Virus record (IMG/VR): IMGVR_UViG_3300042482_001698
Coordinates: 19,755-83,754 of that record
Direction: 5' to 3' (one strand)
From: a virus
DNA length: 64,000 bases
Under the pieces are notes generated by a model. The model was not told where the DNA came from. It saw only the letters and a program-made list of their open reading frames with translations, and searched no databases. A program made the translations under genes and the position numbers. Below are positions 10,370-19,107 of this stretch, in pieces (the first letter of the stretch is position 1; each line of letters begins with the position of its first letter).

Positions 10370-11701
10370 ATGGAAAACAATCAAGAAGTCACTGCTCAGG
10401 GTGGCAAGATTGGTCATCGTAGCGGAAAAAGCAATCGTGATCCTCTTCGTCCTGTTAATATTGGAGATTCAAAAATATTTTGGAATGCTTGTCAAGGCGC
10501 TCCTTGGGATGTTGATCCCGATGCTAATTATGATGGAGATGCATCATACGATAATCATAATACAGGTTTAATTCTTACTCCTAATAGTGCCAACCAATCT
10601 GGTGCGGTTTACTGGGATAGACAATATGATCTGACAAAAGATATTTATCTCAAAGGAACATTTCTGGCTGGACTTGGAACTGGTGGCAATAATTGTGGAA
10701 TTTATGTTTGTGGTGTTTATGTTTATTTTAATGACACAGATAATTCCATATATGTAGAAACAAGTGGATTTACTAGCGATGGTTATGATTCTGGTGATAT
10801 TCTTGGCGATACCACTTGGCGTACTTTTGAAGTTATTTATGAATACAAGAAAAGCGATGTGATATATGTAACAGTTTTAATGAACGGAAAACATATTTGC
10901 AGAGTAGATATTGGTGGCGGATACACCACTGAACCAACTGTTGGAGTATTTGCCAACACAGCAACTTTAACCAATATTCATTATTGCAAGTCTTTTGAAG
11001 TAAGAAGCGCAATTCCTTGGTTTTCAATAAATGTACCGAAAATTACAAATAAAAATGATAAAATTTTTATTCTCATCAATGACACTTATGTTGATTATGT
11101 TGTTGGAGAATCGTTCTTTTCCAATGAACCAAACAATATTATTGCTTACTTAGATGCTAATACTATAGATTATGAAACATTTACAGATATATCTGAATCT
11201 GGATGGGATGATATATTTGTTTTAGGAAAAGCTGGTTATGTTATTATTCCCGAACTTGAAACTAGTGACATTCTTCCAGATTTGACTTCAGGTGCTAAAA
11301 ATAAAATTAACAATTTTGTTTCTTCTGGTGGTAATCTTTTGATGTTCAGCCCCGGAAATGGAGACTTGGTGCCTTTCTTGAATGATGTGTTTAGTTTTAG
11401 CATCACTGATGGTGGAGCTTCTGCGCCAATAAGCCTCACAGTTGATGGTTCTGGTCTTTTCCCAAGTGAAAGTGCTACTATTCCAAATCTCAGTGATACT
11501 AATTCTTTAGACACTACTAGTTTGCCAGTAAATTCTGTAACAATTTACGAGGGAAATGGTGCGGATGAATCTGTAGTAACCATGATTCCATATGGTTCTG
11601 GGAAAATATATGTTCTTGGCTGGGATTGGTATGATGCTGCGCCGATAGGTCCAGAAGATGGTGGTTGGCTACATTTGCTTGAGTCTATTTTGCAATCTTG
11701 A
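10370..11701 (+). CDS. L-type lectin-like domain protein with an extra C-terminal domain, paralog 2
   Basis: same N-terminal domain plus ~220 aa containing INNFVSSGGNL and YGSGKIYVLGWD (glutamine amidotransferase-like fold pattern). Confidence 0.6.
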   Translation: MENNQEVTAQGGKIGHRSGKSNRDPLRPVNIGDSKIFWNACQGAPWDVDPDANYDGDASYDNHNTGLILTPNSANQSGAVYWDRQYDLTKDIYLKGTFLAGLGTGGNNCGIYVCGVYVYFNDTDNSIYVETSGFTSDGYDSGDILGDTTWRTFEVIYEYKKSDVIYVTVLMNGKHICRVDIGGGYTTEPTVGVFANTATLTNIHYCKSFEVRSAIPWFSINVPKITNKNDKIFILINDTYVDYVVGESFFSNEPNNIIAYLDANTIDYETFTDISESGWDDIFVLGKAGYVIIPELETSDILPDLTSGAKNKINNFVSSGGNLLMFSPGNGDLVPFLNDVFSFSITDGGASAPISLTVDGSGLFPSESATIPNLSDTNSLDTTSLPVNSVTIYEGNGADESVVTMIPYGSGKIYVLGWDWYDAAPIGPEDGGWLHLLESILQS

Positions 11702-11709
11702 GGAGTTAT

Positions 11710-12555
11710 ATGTTAAATATTGATGTATCAACGGATAAAATTGCAGATTTGAAAAAACTATTCAACGATGCTAATGTTTATCATCGAATAGTTGGCACAA
11801 GCTCTGATGGTTTGACCACCACTTTGAAATTCAACAAAAAAGTTGATTTTGAAAAAGCCAAAGAAATAATTGATGGCAAGGTTGCCATACAAGCAACTTT
11901 GAAACGTAGTAGCCCAGTTTCAAAAGTCAGTATTGGTGATACTCCAATTGACTGGTGTGCTGATCAGGGAGATCCATCCATTGTTGCTGATGCAACTATA
12001 TCTGACGATGCTTTTTATGACACTATAAATAATGGTGTTGTATTGACAGAAGATATTGATGAGCAGCTTGGATATCTTTATTGGGAAAAAAATTATGATT
12101 ACAATAAAAATATTTACATAAGGGCTACAACTTATTCTGGCGAAGGGGATGGCGCAGACAACATTACAATTTTCATGGGGTCAAATAGTGCTGGAGGTGG
12201 CGCTAATGGCTCAATATCTGTATACATCGATGAAGATGATGGTGATACTGTTAAGGTTTATAAAAATAACTCTTTAATAGAAGACGCAATCTCAACCAAT
12301 CAAACACTTGATGATGCGACTTATAGAGTTTGGGAAATTATTTACGAATATGCTTCTGCAACAGAGCAATATCTTCATGTTTGTATGAATAATGTTAAGA
12401 TTTTAAGATATAACATGTATCTTTCTGGTGGCGTGTGGATTCCCGGTGGCAATTATATTGGAATTTATGGTGTCACTGGTACAGATAATAATTTTCATAT
12501 TTGCAGGTCATTCAAGGTAATGAGTGCAAATCCTTGGCTTGCAATCAATGGTTGA
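11710..12555 (+). CDS. L-type lectin-like domain protein, paralog 3
   Basis: IGDTPI.W...GDP, GDGADNITIF, ANPWLAING; GAGGAG RBS. Confidence 0.65.
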   Translation: MLNIDVSTDKIADLKKLFNDANVYHRIVGTSSDGLTTTLKFNKKVDFEKAKEIIDGKVAIQATLKRSSPVSKVSIGDTPIDWCADQGDPSIVADATISDDAFYDTINNGVVLTEDIDEQLGYLYWEKNYDYNKNIYIRATTYSGEGDGADNITIFMGSNSAGGGANGSISVYIDEDDGDTVKVYKNNSLIEDAISTNQTLDDATYRVWEIIYEYASATEQYLHVCMNNVKILRYNMYLSGGVWIPGGNYIGIYGVTGTDNNFHICRSFKVMSANPWLAING

Positions 12556-12557
12556 TG

Positions 12558-12852
12558 TTAATCAATTTTGAATTGTTGTAATCCGCCTTCACAAGGCGGA
12601 TTTTCTTTTTTGATTCTTTCTTGTGCCATGATACAATAATCAGGATTAAGATCTATTCCAATAAAATTTCTTTTAAGTTTATTTGCAACTGCTGACGAAC
12701 TCTTCTGGAGTCTTCTCTGTTCCGAGTTGATCTTTCTGGCCATAATCTCTTAATTGCCAGTAAGGAGGAGATGTTATGCATGTTTGTACACTATTACGCT
12801 CGATTTGTTTTAATCCTTCGAGGCAATCTGAATTTATTATTTTTGATTCCAT
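12558..12852 (-). pseudogene. N4/N6 DNA methyltransferase remnant with a large internal deletion
   Basis: frame from 12852 reads MESKIINSDCLEGLKQIERNSVQTCITSPPYWQLRDYG...EEFV, then joins out of frame near 12695 to the C-terminal AVANKLKRNFIGIDLNPDYCIMAQERI. Confidence 0.8.
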
Positions 12853-12930
12853 AAAATATTGAAGTTAGATTTCTAAATATTTCAGAGCATTCGTGCTTCG
12901 ACACGCTGATGACAACCAGTCTTAGGATTA

Positions 12931-13407
12931 TTAAATTGTTTGTACTTCGGTGCTAAACAAGCTGGTCGAGGCGGTCTTTTCTTGATAGTTTCCAAGAATT
13001 GGTAATGTTAGATTTTTATTGTCATTTAGACTCCAAACAACATTCATCAAATTAGATTTTTGCAATGCTATTTCGCATTTGTAACATGGTTTTGCCAGTC
13101 TGAATTTTCCATGTCTATTTATTTTCATGCTAAGTATTGTTGTCTTTCTGTTGTAATACTTTTCATCAAGTTTGAGGAGAAGGTCTGCTTCAGCATGAAG
13201 GAATGGGTATTTTTTCCAGTGTGCGATATTAAATTTTTGAGCTAATTTATATGCTTTCGCTGACATCATGACGGGATTGTTCTTCCCCATTTCCATGATT
13301 CTATTTTTTCTTATTGCAAACGCATAGTGAAAACCAGTGCGGCTTTTGTCCTCTCCCCAATCTTCTAACATGAGGCAAACACATTTATGGAGAGTAGAGG
13401 CTTTCAT
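12931..13407 (-). CDS. zinc-dependent cytidine/deoxycytidylate deaminase-like protein
   Basis: HAE and PCxxC (LAKPCYKC) motifs. Confidence 0.8.
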   Translation of the reverse strand: MKASTLHKCVCLMLEDWGEDKSRTGFHYAFAIRKNRIMEMGKNNPVMMSAKAYKLAQKFNIAHWKKYPFLHAEADLLLKLDEKYYNRKTTILSMKINRHGKFRLAKPCYKCEIALQKSNLMNVVWSLNDNKNLTLPILGNYQEKTASTSLFSTEVQTI

Positions 13408-13429
13408 GAAAAATTATAACCACATTCAA

Positions 13430-13458
13430 TTGACATGGCCAACACTTCTTTGTAAAAT
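13430..13458 (+). promoter_or_regulatory. sigma70-type promoter of tRNA-Arg
   Basis: TTGACA-17 nt-TAAAAT, ending 10 nt before the tRNA. Confidence 0.7.
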
Positions 13459-13468
13459 TGAATGTATT

Positions 13469-13549
13469 GCCGCTGACCCAGAAATGGAACTGGATTGCTC
13501 TTCTAAAGCAACGGCGAAAGCCATGTGGGTTCGACTCCCGCCAGCGGTA
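13469..13549 (+). tRNA. tRNA-Arg(UCU) with a long variable arm; no encoded CCA
   Basis: acceptor GCCGCTG/CAGCGGT, D stem CCAG/CTGG, anticodon stem TTGCT/AGCAA with loop CTTCTAA, V arm GGC-GAAA-GCC, T arm GTGGG-TTCGACT-CCCGC. Confidence 0.85.
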
Positions 13550-14338
13550 TTATTTTAGATCATAAAATTTAACCCATTTTCTTATGGAACTATCAGTAAC
13601 TCCAAACATTATTCCCAATTGTGAAAAATTGTGTTTTTCTAAAAGTTTTTTTAATTCATCTCTTGTTGGACGATCAACTTTTCTTTTACTTGCAGCAGCA
13701 CATTGAACAGAGCAATGTTTCGTGTTGTAGACATCAGTTTGACAATTTGGACATTTTCCTGTTGGTTTCAAAGTATTAGTTAACAATGGGTTGGCTTCTC
13801 TTGTCTGTATCAATGATGCATCTGGATTGTGTGTTTCTCGATGACAATTGGCACAAAGAAGAACACATTTTTTAAGTTCTTCAATAGTTTTATTCCACTT
13901 CATTTCTCTTGCTTTTACCCATGTCATTTCTTTAACTGATGGATCTAAATGGTGAAATTCCATTGCCGCATAGTTTTTGCAATATCCACAAATAACACAC
14001 TTTCCTCCCATTAATTTTATTGCTTCCATTTTACGATCTAACCATCTATTTTTTTGTATTTCATACAAACAAACCTTGCAATAAGAATAATATTTTCTTT
14101 TTCCCTTTATCTTGTGAAAATAATTGACACATTTATATTCATTACATTTAATACATTTTCTTTTTATTTCATTATTTTCTATTATTTGCTTTGCTTTTCC
14201 TGTTTCTAATTTTTTGGTATTGTGTTCCCCATATGGCGAGCAATCAAGACAATAACTTCTGTTGCCGAGATTTTTTTCTTTACCATCTATTTTGATGCGA
14301 TTGGGGAAATTAGCTTGACACTTCTTGCATGTTGGCAT
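13550..14338 (-). CDS. free-standing HNH homing endonuclease with zinc fingers and a C-terminal HTH
   Basis: CVICGY...EFHH.DP...CVLLCANCHRETH; multiple CxxC. Confidence 0.8.
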   Translation of the reverse strand: MPTCKKCQANFPNRIKIDGKEKNLGNRSYCLDCSPYGEHNTKKLETGKAKQIIENNEIKRKCIKCNEYKCVNYFHKIKGKRKYYSYCKVCLYEIQKNRWLDRKMEAIKLMGGKCVICGYCKNYAAMEFHHLDPSVKEMTWVKAREMKWNKTIEELKKCVLLCANCHRETHNPDASLIQTREANPLLTNTLKPTGKCPNCQTDVYNTKHCSVQCAAASKRKVDRPTRDELKKLLEKHNFSQLGIMFGVTDSSIRKWVKFYDLK

Positions 14339-14497
14339 GATAATCCTGTATCTTAATTGTTTTGTTACAATTATATATCCAACTGAGAAACAATTAGTAA
14401 AAATTAAAAATTATTTCTGCTTTTCTTGCCTTGCATTAACGATTCAAAAGTTTTAGAATCAAATTGATTTGAATTACCAACCCATTTTGGTGGCACG

Positions 14498-14749
14498 ATG
14501 AAAAAAGACATGGATGAAGACGATAAGATTGAAAAGATTCTTACTCCAGCAGGATCTTTTGTAATTGGCATTACTGCTGTTTTTTGCATGGCCTGTATTA
14601 TGGCTTTCCCTTTTCAATATGCTTGGAATAATATTTGTGTTGAAGTTTTGACTTGTTGCAAGGAAATAAATTATTGGCAAAGCACAGGTATGATTTTTTT
14701 GATTTTCTTTACAGGAAGAATATTTAATTTCCCAATAGCTAAAGATTAA
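14498..14749 (+). CDS. small membrane protein
   Basis: two hydrophobic segments; upstream TTGCAT-17-TAGAAT. Confidence 0.6.
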   Translation: MKKDMDEDDKIEKILTPAGSFVIGITAVFCMACIMAFPFQYAWNNICVEVLTCCKEINYWQSTGMIFLIFFTGRIFNFPIAKD

Positions 14750-14809
14750 CTTCTTGAATATGCAACGATTTTGCTTTGAATTATATATTATGTGTTTATA
14801 TATAAGTTC

Positions 14810-15226
14810 ATGGAAAGACTATGTTCTTTTGATGAATTTGTTTTGCTTAAAGAAGGTAATAGCCGCACGGCATTGAAGTCTTTGCTTTACCCACTTTCTT
14901 ATGGTGGGCTGGGTAATTATCCTCCTGCTCACTATCTTCCTCAAGCTGCTGATGCCATTCTATATGTATCGCAGGATGAGAGATTATGGTGTAATGGAGA
15001 TGGAGCTCCTTGGGACATCACACATCTACCCGGACATAAGCAATATGGCGATAAAATAAATAATGGTGAAGGTGAGCCGTGGAACATAAATGTTCTTCCC
15101 GGCAAATCTAAAAAACCATTAGATCATAATGTTCTCGGTAAAGAAGTGCCATATAAGGGATTTTTAAGGCTTGTGACTAAGATCAAATGTATAAGTCCTG
15201 AGTATTCAAACCTGCCACCTATTTGA
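14810..15226 (+). CDS. hypothetical protein with a putative capsid-targeting N-terminus
   Basis: MERLCSFDEFVLLKEG; internal repeat NG(D/E)G.PW.I..LPG. Confidence 0.65.
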   Translation: MERLCSFDEFVLLKEGNSRTALKSLLYPLSYGGLGNYPPAHYLPQAADAILYVSQDERLWCNGDGAPWDITHLPGHKQYGDKINNGEGEPWNINVLPGKSKKPLDHNVLGKEVPYKGFLRLVTKIKCISPEYSNLPPI

Positions 15227-15271
15227 CTTTAATTTTTAATTCCTTAATAATTGAATTAAGGGGAAAACATT

Positions 15272-15499
15272 ATGAATGATAAACATATTCGCACCATTGC
15301 CGCATTTGAACAAGTTGGAGCATTTCTCAATATCTTTGCCAATTTTCTTTATTCTTATCATAAGGATTTGGTAAACGCTGGTTTTCAGCGTGATGAGGCT
15401 TTGAAGCTTGTTCGAGAGCTTCAAGCGACTATTTTCAAGGAATCTTTCAACAGCAGCACATCGTCTGAGAATAATGATCTTGAAAATGATGAAGAATAG
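15272..15499 (+). CDS. hypothetical protein
   Basis: 75 aa; AAGGGG RBS. Confidence 0.65.
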   Translation: MNDKHIRTIAAFEQVGAFLNIFANFLYSYHKDLVNAGFQRDEALKLVRELQATIFKESFNSSTSSENNDLENDEE

Positions 15500-15580
15500 T
15501 GTTTTTGGGAAAAATATTTCTGTAGGCATCAAACATATAAAAATAGTTCGCCTTCAATGTCTTAGATAGATTAAGCGGAG

Positions 15581-16174
15581 GTGCTTGTGTTGGCCGAGAG
15601 AAAAGTTCTTGTCCTTAACAAATCATGGCGTGCTATTGCGATTATTACTCTTGAGAAGGCCCTTAGCAAGGTTTTTTCGACATATGATGATGGAACACCA
15701 AAAGCAAAAATTATTGATCCTAGCAATGATTTTATGATGTTTGAATGGCATGAGTGGTCACAGATCATGCCAGATGATGACGAGTTAAAAATTAGGACTG
15801 TAAGTGCGTCCTATAAGGTTCCAGAGGTTATATTATACACAAAATATGATAAAGTTCCATGTACTAAGGCGCAGTTTAACAGAAGAAGTATTTATCGAAG
15901 AGACAATAGTACTTGCCAATATTGTGGCGAGAAAAAAAAGAACGATGAATTATCCTTGGATCATATTGTCCCTCGTTGTCAGGGCGGCAAAACTAATTGG
16001 GAAAACATTGTTGTTGCTTGTGTTGACTGTAATTCCCAAAAAGCTGGCAGAACGCCAAAGCAAGCTGGTATGAAGCTTCTTTGCGAACCCAAAAAACCTT
16101 TGTCTAACTTGCATTTGGATGAATCAAGGGCTGAATCTTGGGTTCATTTTCTTGTTGCAGAAGATGTTGCTTGA
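15581..16174 (+). CDS. HNH endonuclease (McrA-type)
   Basis: VLVLN, RD...CQYCG, LDHIVPRCQGG...WENIVVACVDCN. Confidence 0.9.
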   Translation: MLVLAERKVLVLNKSWRAIAIITLEKALSKVFSTYDDGTPKAKIIDPSNDFMMFEWHEWSQIMPDDDELKIRTVSASYKVPEVILYTKYDKVPCTKAQFNRRSIYRRDNSTCQYCGEKKKNDELSLDHIVPRCQGGKTNWENIVVACVDCNSQKAGRTPKQAGMKLLCEPKKPLSNLHLDESRAESWVHFLVAEDVA

Positions 16175-16228
16175 TTAAATTCTTATTTTGACTACAATTG
16201 ATTTGTTCGTTAATTTTTATTTTTTTTC

Positions 16229-16257
16229 AAAGAAATTCGTCCTCTGTTGACGGACGG
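16229..16257 (+). repeat. dispersed intergenic element (TCYGTTGACGG core), copy A
   Basis: AAAGAAATTCGTCC-TCTGTTGAC-GGACGG. Confidence 0.65.
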
Positions 16258-16272
16258 GAAAGCAGTTTTTAT

Positions 16273-16521
16273 ATGTGGTTGAAATTGTCGAATCAATGGG
16301 TTAACATGTCTCATATTGTGCGAGTTGAATTTAAGGTTGAAGGCAACACTAAGGTAGCCACCTTTTATTCTACAAAAACAGGTGGTCAGGATCGAACATT
16401 TGTACAAGGTCCAGACGCAGATCTTGTAGAAAAATGGCTTAATGATCAGATTGTGCCTCCTGTAGAAATCAAGGCTGTCAAGACCAAGACCAAGGGGTTT
16501 TTTAGTTCTGTCAAAAAGTGA
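16273..16521 (+). CDS. hypothetical protein
   Basis: MWLKLSNQWVNMSHIVRVEF...; ATG just after element A. Confidence 0.6.
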   Translation: MWLKLSNQWVNMSHIVRVEFKVEGNTKVATFYSTKTGGQDRTFVQGPDADLVEKWLNDQIVPPVEIKAVKTKTKGFFSSVKK

Positions 16522-16601
16522 TTGGATTTTTGTGTTTTTCGTCTATGATTGCTAGGTGAATATGTCTCACGTTGACAGATAGGAAGGAAGGAGATTGTGA
16601 T

Positions 16602-17063
16602 ATGGCATTTCAGCCTATTGAAGAAAAGATTGCTGAAAGACGATTAATTACAGACTTTGCAGAAAAAATCAAAGCTAAGGTAGTTAAATTACAAGAAGAT
16701 GACGATGATGGTGAAACAGATGGTTTTATTGAATATGAAGGTAAGCCAAAAAGAGTTGAAGCAAGGCGGAAAGGATATCCTAACCATAGAGGAAGGACTT
16801 TCTTTTTTAGTAAAGGTTGGGAAACTAATTTTTTAATTAATGATGGTGGAATATTTCTTAATGAATTGACTATAAGAAAAAGCAAAGATAAGGGTTTTAT
16901 TTTTGTGGTTGATATTATGGGAGATAAAAGGGCTGCTGTTATAAATTCATCAAGGGTCGATGAATTGTTGAAACAGCCTCGTAGGGAAATGAAAAGCACA
17001 AATAGTGGGGTAATGCAATCTGTGAAAACAGTGCCATTAGCTTGGTTCAAGCTTAAATTTTAG
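16602..17063 (+). CDS. putative PD-(D/E)xK-like nuclease
   Basis: TDGFI....K.VEARRK resembles the D..ExK core; lies directly upstream of a DNA methylase. Confidence 0.45.
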   Translation: MAFQPIEEKIAERRLITDFAEKIKAKVVKLQEDDDDGETDGFIEYEGKPKRVEARRKGYPNHRGRTFFFSKGWETNFLINDGGIFLNELTIRKSKDKGFIFVVDIMGDKRAAVINSSRVDELLKQPRREMKSTNSGVMQSVKTVPLAWFKLKF

Positions 17064-17090
17064 ACTGTTTCAAATGCATATTGAGGTTTC

Positions 17091-17786
17091 ATGATGTTGC
17101 ATCCGTTTTTTTCATACTTTGGCTCAAAATATAGAATGGCAAAACATTATCCAAAGCCATTATATGATATTGTCATTGAGCCATTTGCTGGCGCTGCTGG
17201 ATATTCTTTATTATACCCAGAAAAAAAAATAATCTTATATGATAATTACGAACCAATAGTTGAGCTATGGGACTATTTAATTAAAGTAAAAAAGGAGGAA
17301 ATACTAAGTCTTCCTCTTGACAATAATGGTCACCAGTTTTCTAAAGAGTATCCCGTTTCTGATTGCAATATTGCAGCAGAAGCCAAGCTCTTAATTGGCT
17401 TTTGGCTAACAGAATCTCAAACTTCTTCTTCTCGTTATCCTTTGTCAAAGTCAAGAGGCGGTAATTGGACGGAACGCAAAAGAAATATGATTGCAAATCA
17501 AGTTAATTGCATAAAACACTGGGAAGTAAAAAATAAGTCTTATGATGAAATAGATTTCAACCAAAAATGCACTTGGTTTATTGATCCTCCATATTCACAG
17601 GCTGGTAAACGATACAGAAACAATAACATAAATTATGAACAACTTGCTTCGTGGTGCAAAGAAAGACATGGACAAACAATTGTGTGTGAACAAAGTGGAG
17701 CCAACTGGTTGGAGTTTTCTACTTTTCAAAAAACTTCTAATGCCAGTAACAAAAAATATGAAGAAGTCATATGGACCAATTTGTGA
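17091..17786 (+). CDS. DNA adenine methyltransferase (Dam/D12 class)
   Basis: FSYFGSK, EPFAG, DPPY. Confidence 0.85.
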   Translation: MMLHPFFSYFGSKYRMAKHYPKPLYDIVIEPFAGAAGYSLLYPEKKIILYDNYEPIVELWDYLIKVKKEEILSLPLDNNGHQFSKEYPVSDCNIAAEAKLLIGFWLTESQTSSSRYPLSKSRGGNWTERKRNMIANQVNCIKHWEVKNKSYDEIDFNQKCTWFIDPPYSQAGKRYRNNNINYEQLASWCKERHGQTIVCEQSGANWLEFSTFQKTSNASNKKYEEVIWTNL

Positions 17787-17832
17787 GAATCATAGTCAAA
17801 TTAAATTCTGTTAAAAATTTATTTGATTCTTG

Positions 17833-17858
17833 AAAAAAATTTTCCTCCGTTGACGGGA
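17833..17858 (+). repeat. dispersed intergenic element, copy C
   Basis: AAAAAAATTTTCC-TCCGTTGAC-GGGA. Confidence 0.55.
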
Positions 17859-17903
17859 TTGTTCTTGTATTTTTTTTTATTATGTGTATTATTAAATTGT
17901 TAA

Positions 17904-18225
17904 GGGCCTCTAGCTCAACTGGTTAGAGCAAACGACTTAGAAAGGAAGGCAACCTAAACAAGTTAAATCTTGCATGGTTGACTTCTATAGGGTTGCTAAT
18001 TGTTTTCATATAATTATGTGGAAGCTATTAGTAGAATCTGTCAAATTCGGTGAACCCTGTAAAATGGGAATACCGAGCCAAGCCTGAGAAATCGGGAAGG
18101 TGTAGAGACTAGACGGCAGACCCGAAAGGGAAGGTATAGTCCAGACCACAAACCCGAAAGGGGCAACGAAAGTTGTAGTGGTAAGCATAATCGTTCGGTT
18201 CTGAGTTCAAGTCTCAGGAGGCCCA
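17904..18225 (+). tRNA. tRNA-Ile2(CAU), intron-containing (exons 17904-17937 and 18186-18225)
   Basis: spliced product GGGCCTC TAGCTCAACTGGTTAGAGCA AACGA CT^CATAA TCGTT CGGTT CTGAG TTCAAGT CTCAG GAGGCCC A; C4-G69, C5-G68 and C29-G41 as in bacterial Ile2. Confidence 0.85.
17938..18185 (+). ncRNA. group I self-splicing intron (IC3/Azoarcus-like), no ORF
   Basis: 5' exon ends in U and intron ends in G; P3 TCTGTC/GGCAGA, AAATTCGGTGAACCC...GGGAATACCGAG, P7 GACTA/TAGTC within GTAGAGACTAGACGG and AAGGTATAGTCC, P8 CCC-GAAA-GGG, P9 GNRA hairpins. Confidence 0.9.
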
Positions 18226-18234
18226 TTTCAGAAT

Positions 18235-18257
18235 TTTGTCCGTCAACAGAGGACAAA
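18235..18257 (-). repeat. dispersed intergenic element, copy D (inverted)
   Basis: TTTGTCC-GTCAACAGA-GGACAAA; 18238-18254 is the exact 17-bp reverse complement of 16239-16255. Confidence 0.65.
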
Positions 18258-18282
18258 CTGAAAGGATTAAGGAAGGACAAGA

Positions 18283-19107
18283 ATGAAGTACCCAGAGGAC
18301 TTTCTAAACAAAATCATCCACGGCGACTGCTTGGATTTGATGCAGACGATGCCAGAAAACTGCATTGATCTGATAGTTACCAGCCCACCGTATAACATCG
18401 GCAAGCCGTATTCTGGGTACAACGATAGTCTGGATTTTGCCGACTACCACCAATGGCTCAGGAAGATGTGCCATGCGATGTACAGGGTCATCAAGCCCAA
18501 CAGCAACATCTTCGTGAACATCTGTGACGTTGGCATTTCCAACAAAGATGCGAAAGGCGAGCATAGGATTGGCGAGCGGGGAAACTTTTACGTTGTTCCC
18601 AATCACACGGTTGTCATCGGTGAAATGATTGCTTTGGGCGGTCAGTACCTCAATCCGATCATCTGGAAGAAGCCAAGTAACCACAACGCTCAGTTTGGTG
18701 CGAATGCTCGGTTCTGTGGTACTTATCCATATCCCAAGAACTGCCATGTCCCATCGGAGATAGAGTACATTCTGCATTTCCGAAAGAACGGCTTGTACGA
18801 GAAGGTTGACAAACAAAAGAAGGAGCAGAGCAAAATTACCAAGGAACGGTGGATGCAGTTGTCGGGGCAGATTTGGGAGTTCAACGGAGTCGTCGGAAGT
18901 AAGGGCCATCCCGCACAGTTTCCGATGGAACTACCACTTCGTTGTATTGAGGGTTGGAGTTTCATTGAAGATGTAGTCCTTGATCCGTTTTTGGGTGTGG
19001 GGACGACTGCTTTGGCTTGCAAAAAGATGAACAGGCAATACATCGGCATGGATATTTCCAAAGAGTATTGCGATATGGCGATCAAGCATTTGGAAGAGGC
19101 TGTATGA
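18283..19107 (+). CDS. site-specific DNA methyltransferase (N4-C/N6-A, beta class)
   Basis: IIHGDC, TSPPY, HPAQFP, DPFLGVGTT, GMDI; visibly more GC-rich than its neighbours. Confidence 0.9.
   Translation: MKYPEDFLNKIIHGDCLDLMQTMPENCIDLIVTSPPYNIGKPYSGYNDSLDFADYHQWLRKMCHAMYRVIKPNSNIFVNICDVGISNKDAKGEHRIGERGNFYVVPNHTVVIGEMIALGGQYLNPIIWKKPSNHNAQFGANARFCGTYPYPKNCHVPSEIEYILHFRKNGLYEKVDKQKKEQSKITKERWMQLSGQIWEFNGVVGSKGHPAQFPMELPLRCIEGWSFIEDVVLDPFLGVGTTALACKKMNRQYIGMDISKEYCDMAIKHLEEAV

Noticed and set aside
13495-13511. Amber suppressor tRNA (CUA) or stop-codon recoding
   Set aside because: The stem TTGCT/AGCAA centres the loop on TCT. Genes are intact in the standard code and TAG ends real genes such as clpX.
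18006-18280. Minus-strand ORFs over the intron as a homing endonuclease
   Set aside because: They are antisense to the structured RNA and have no nuclease motifs.
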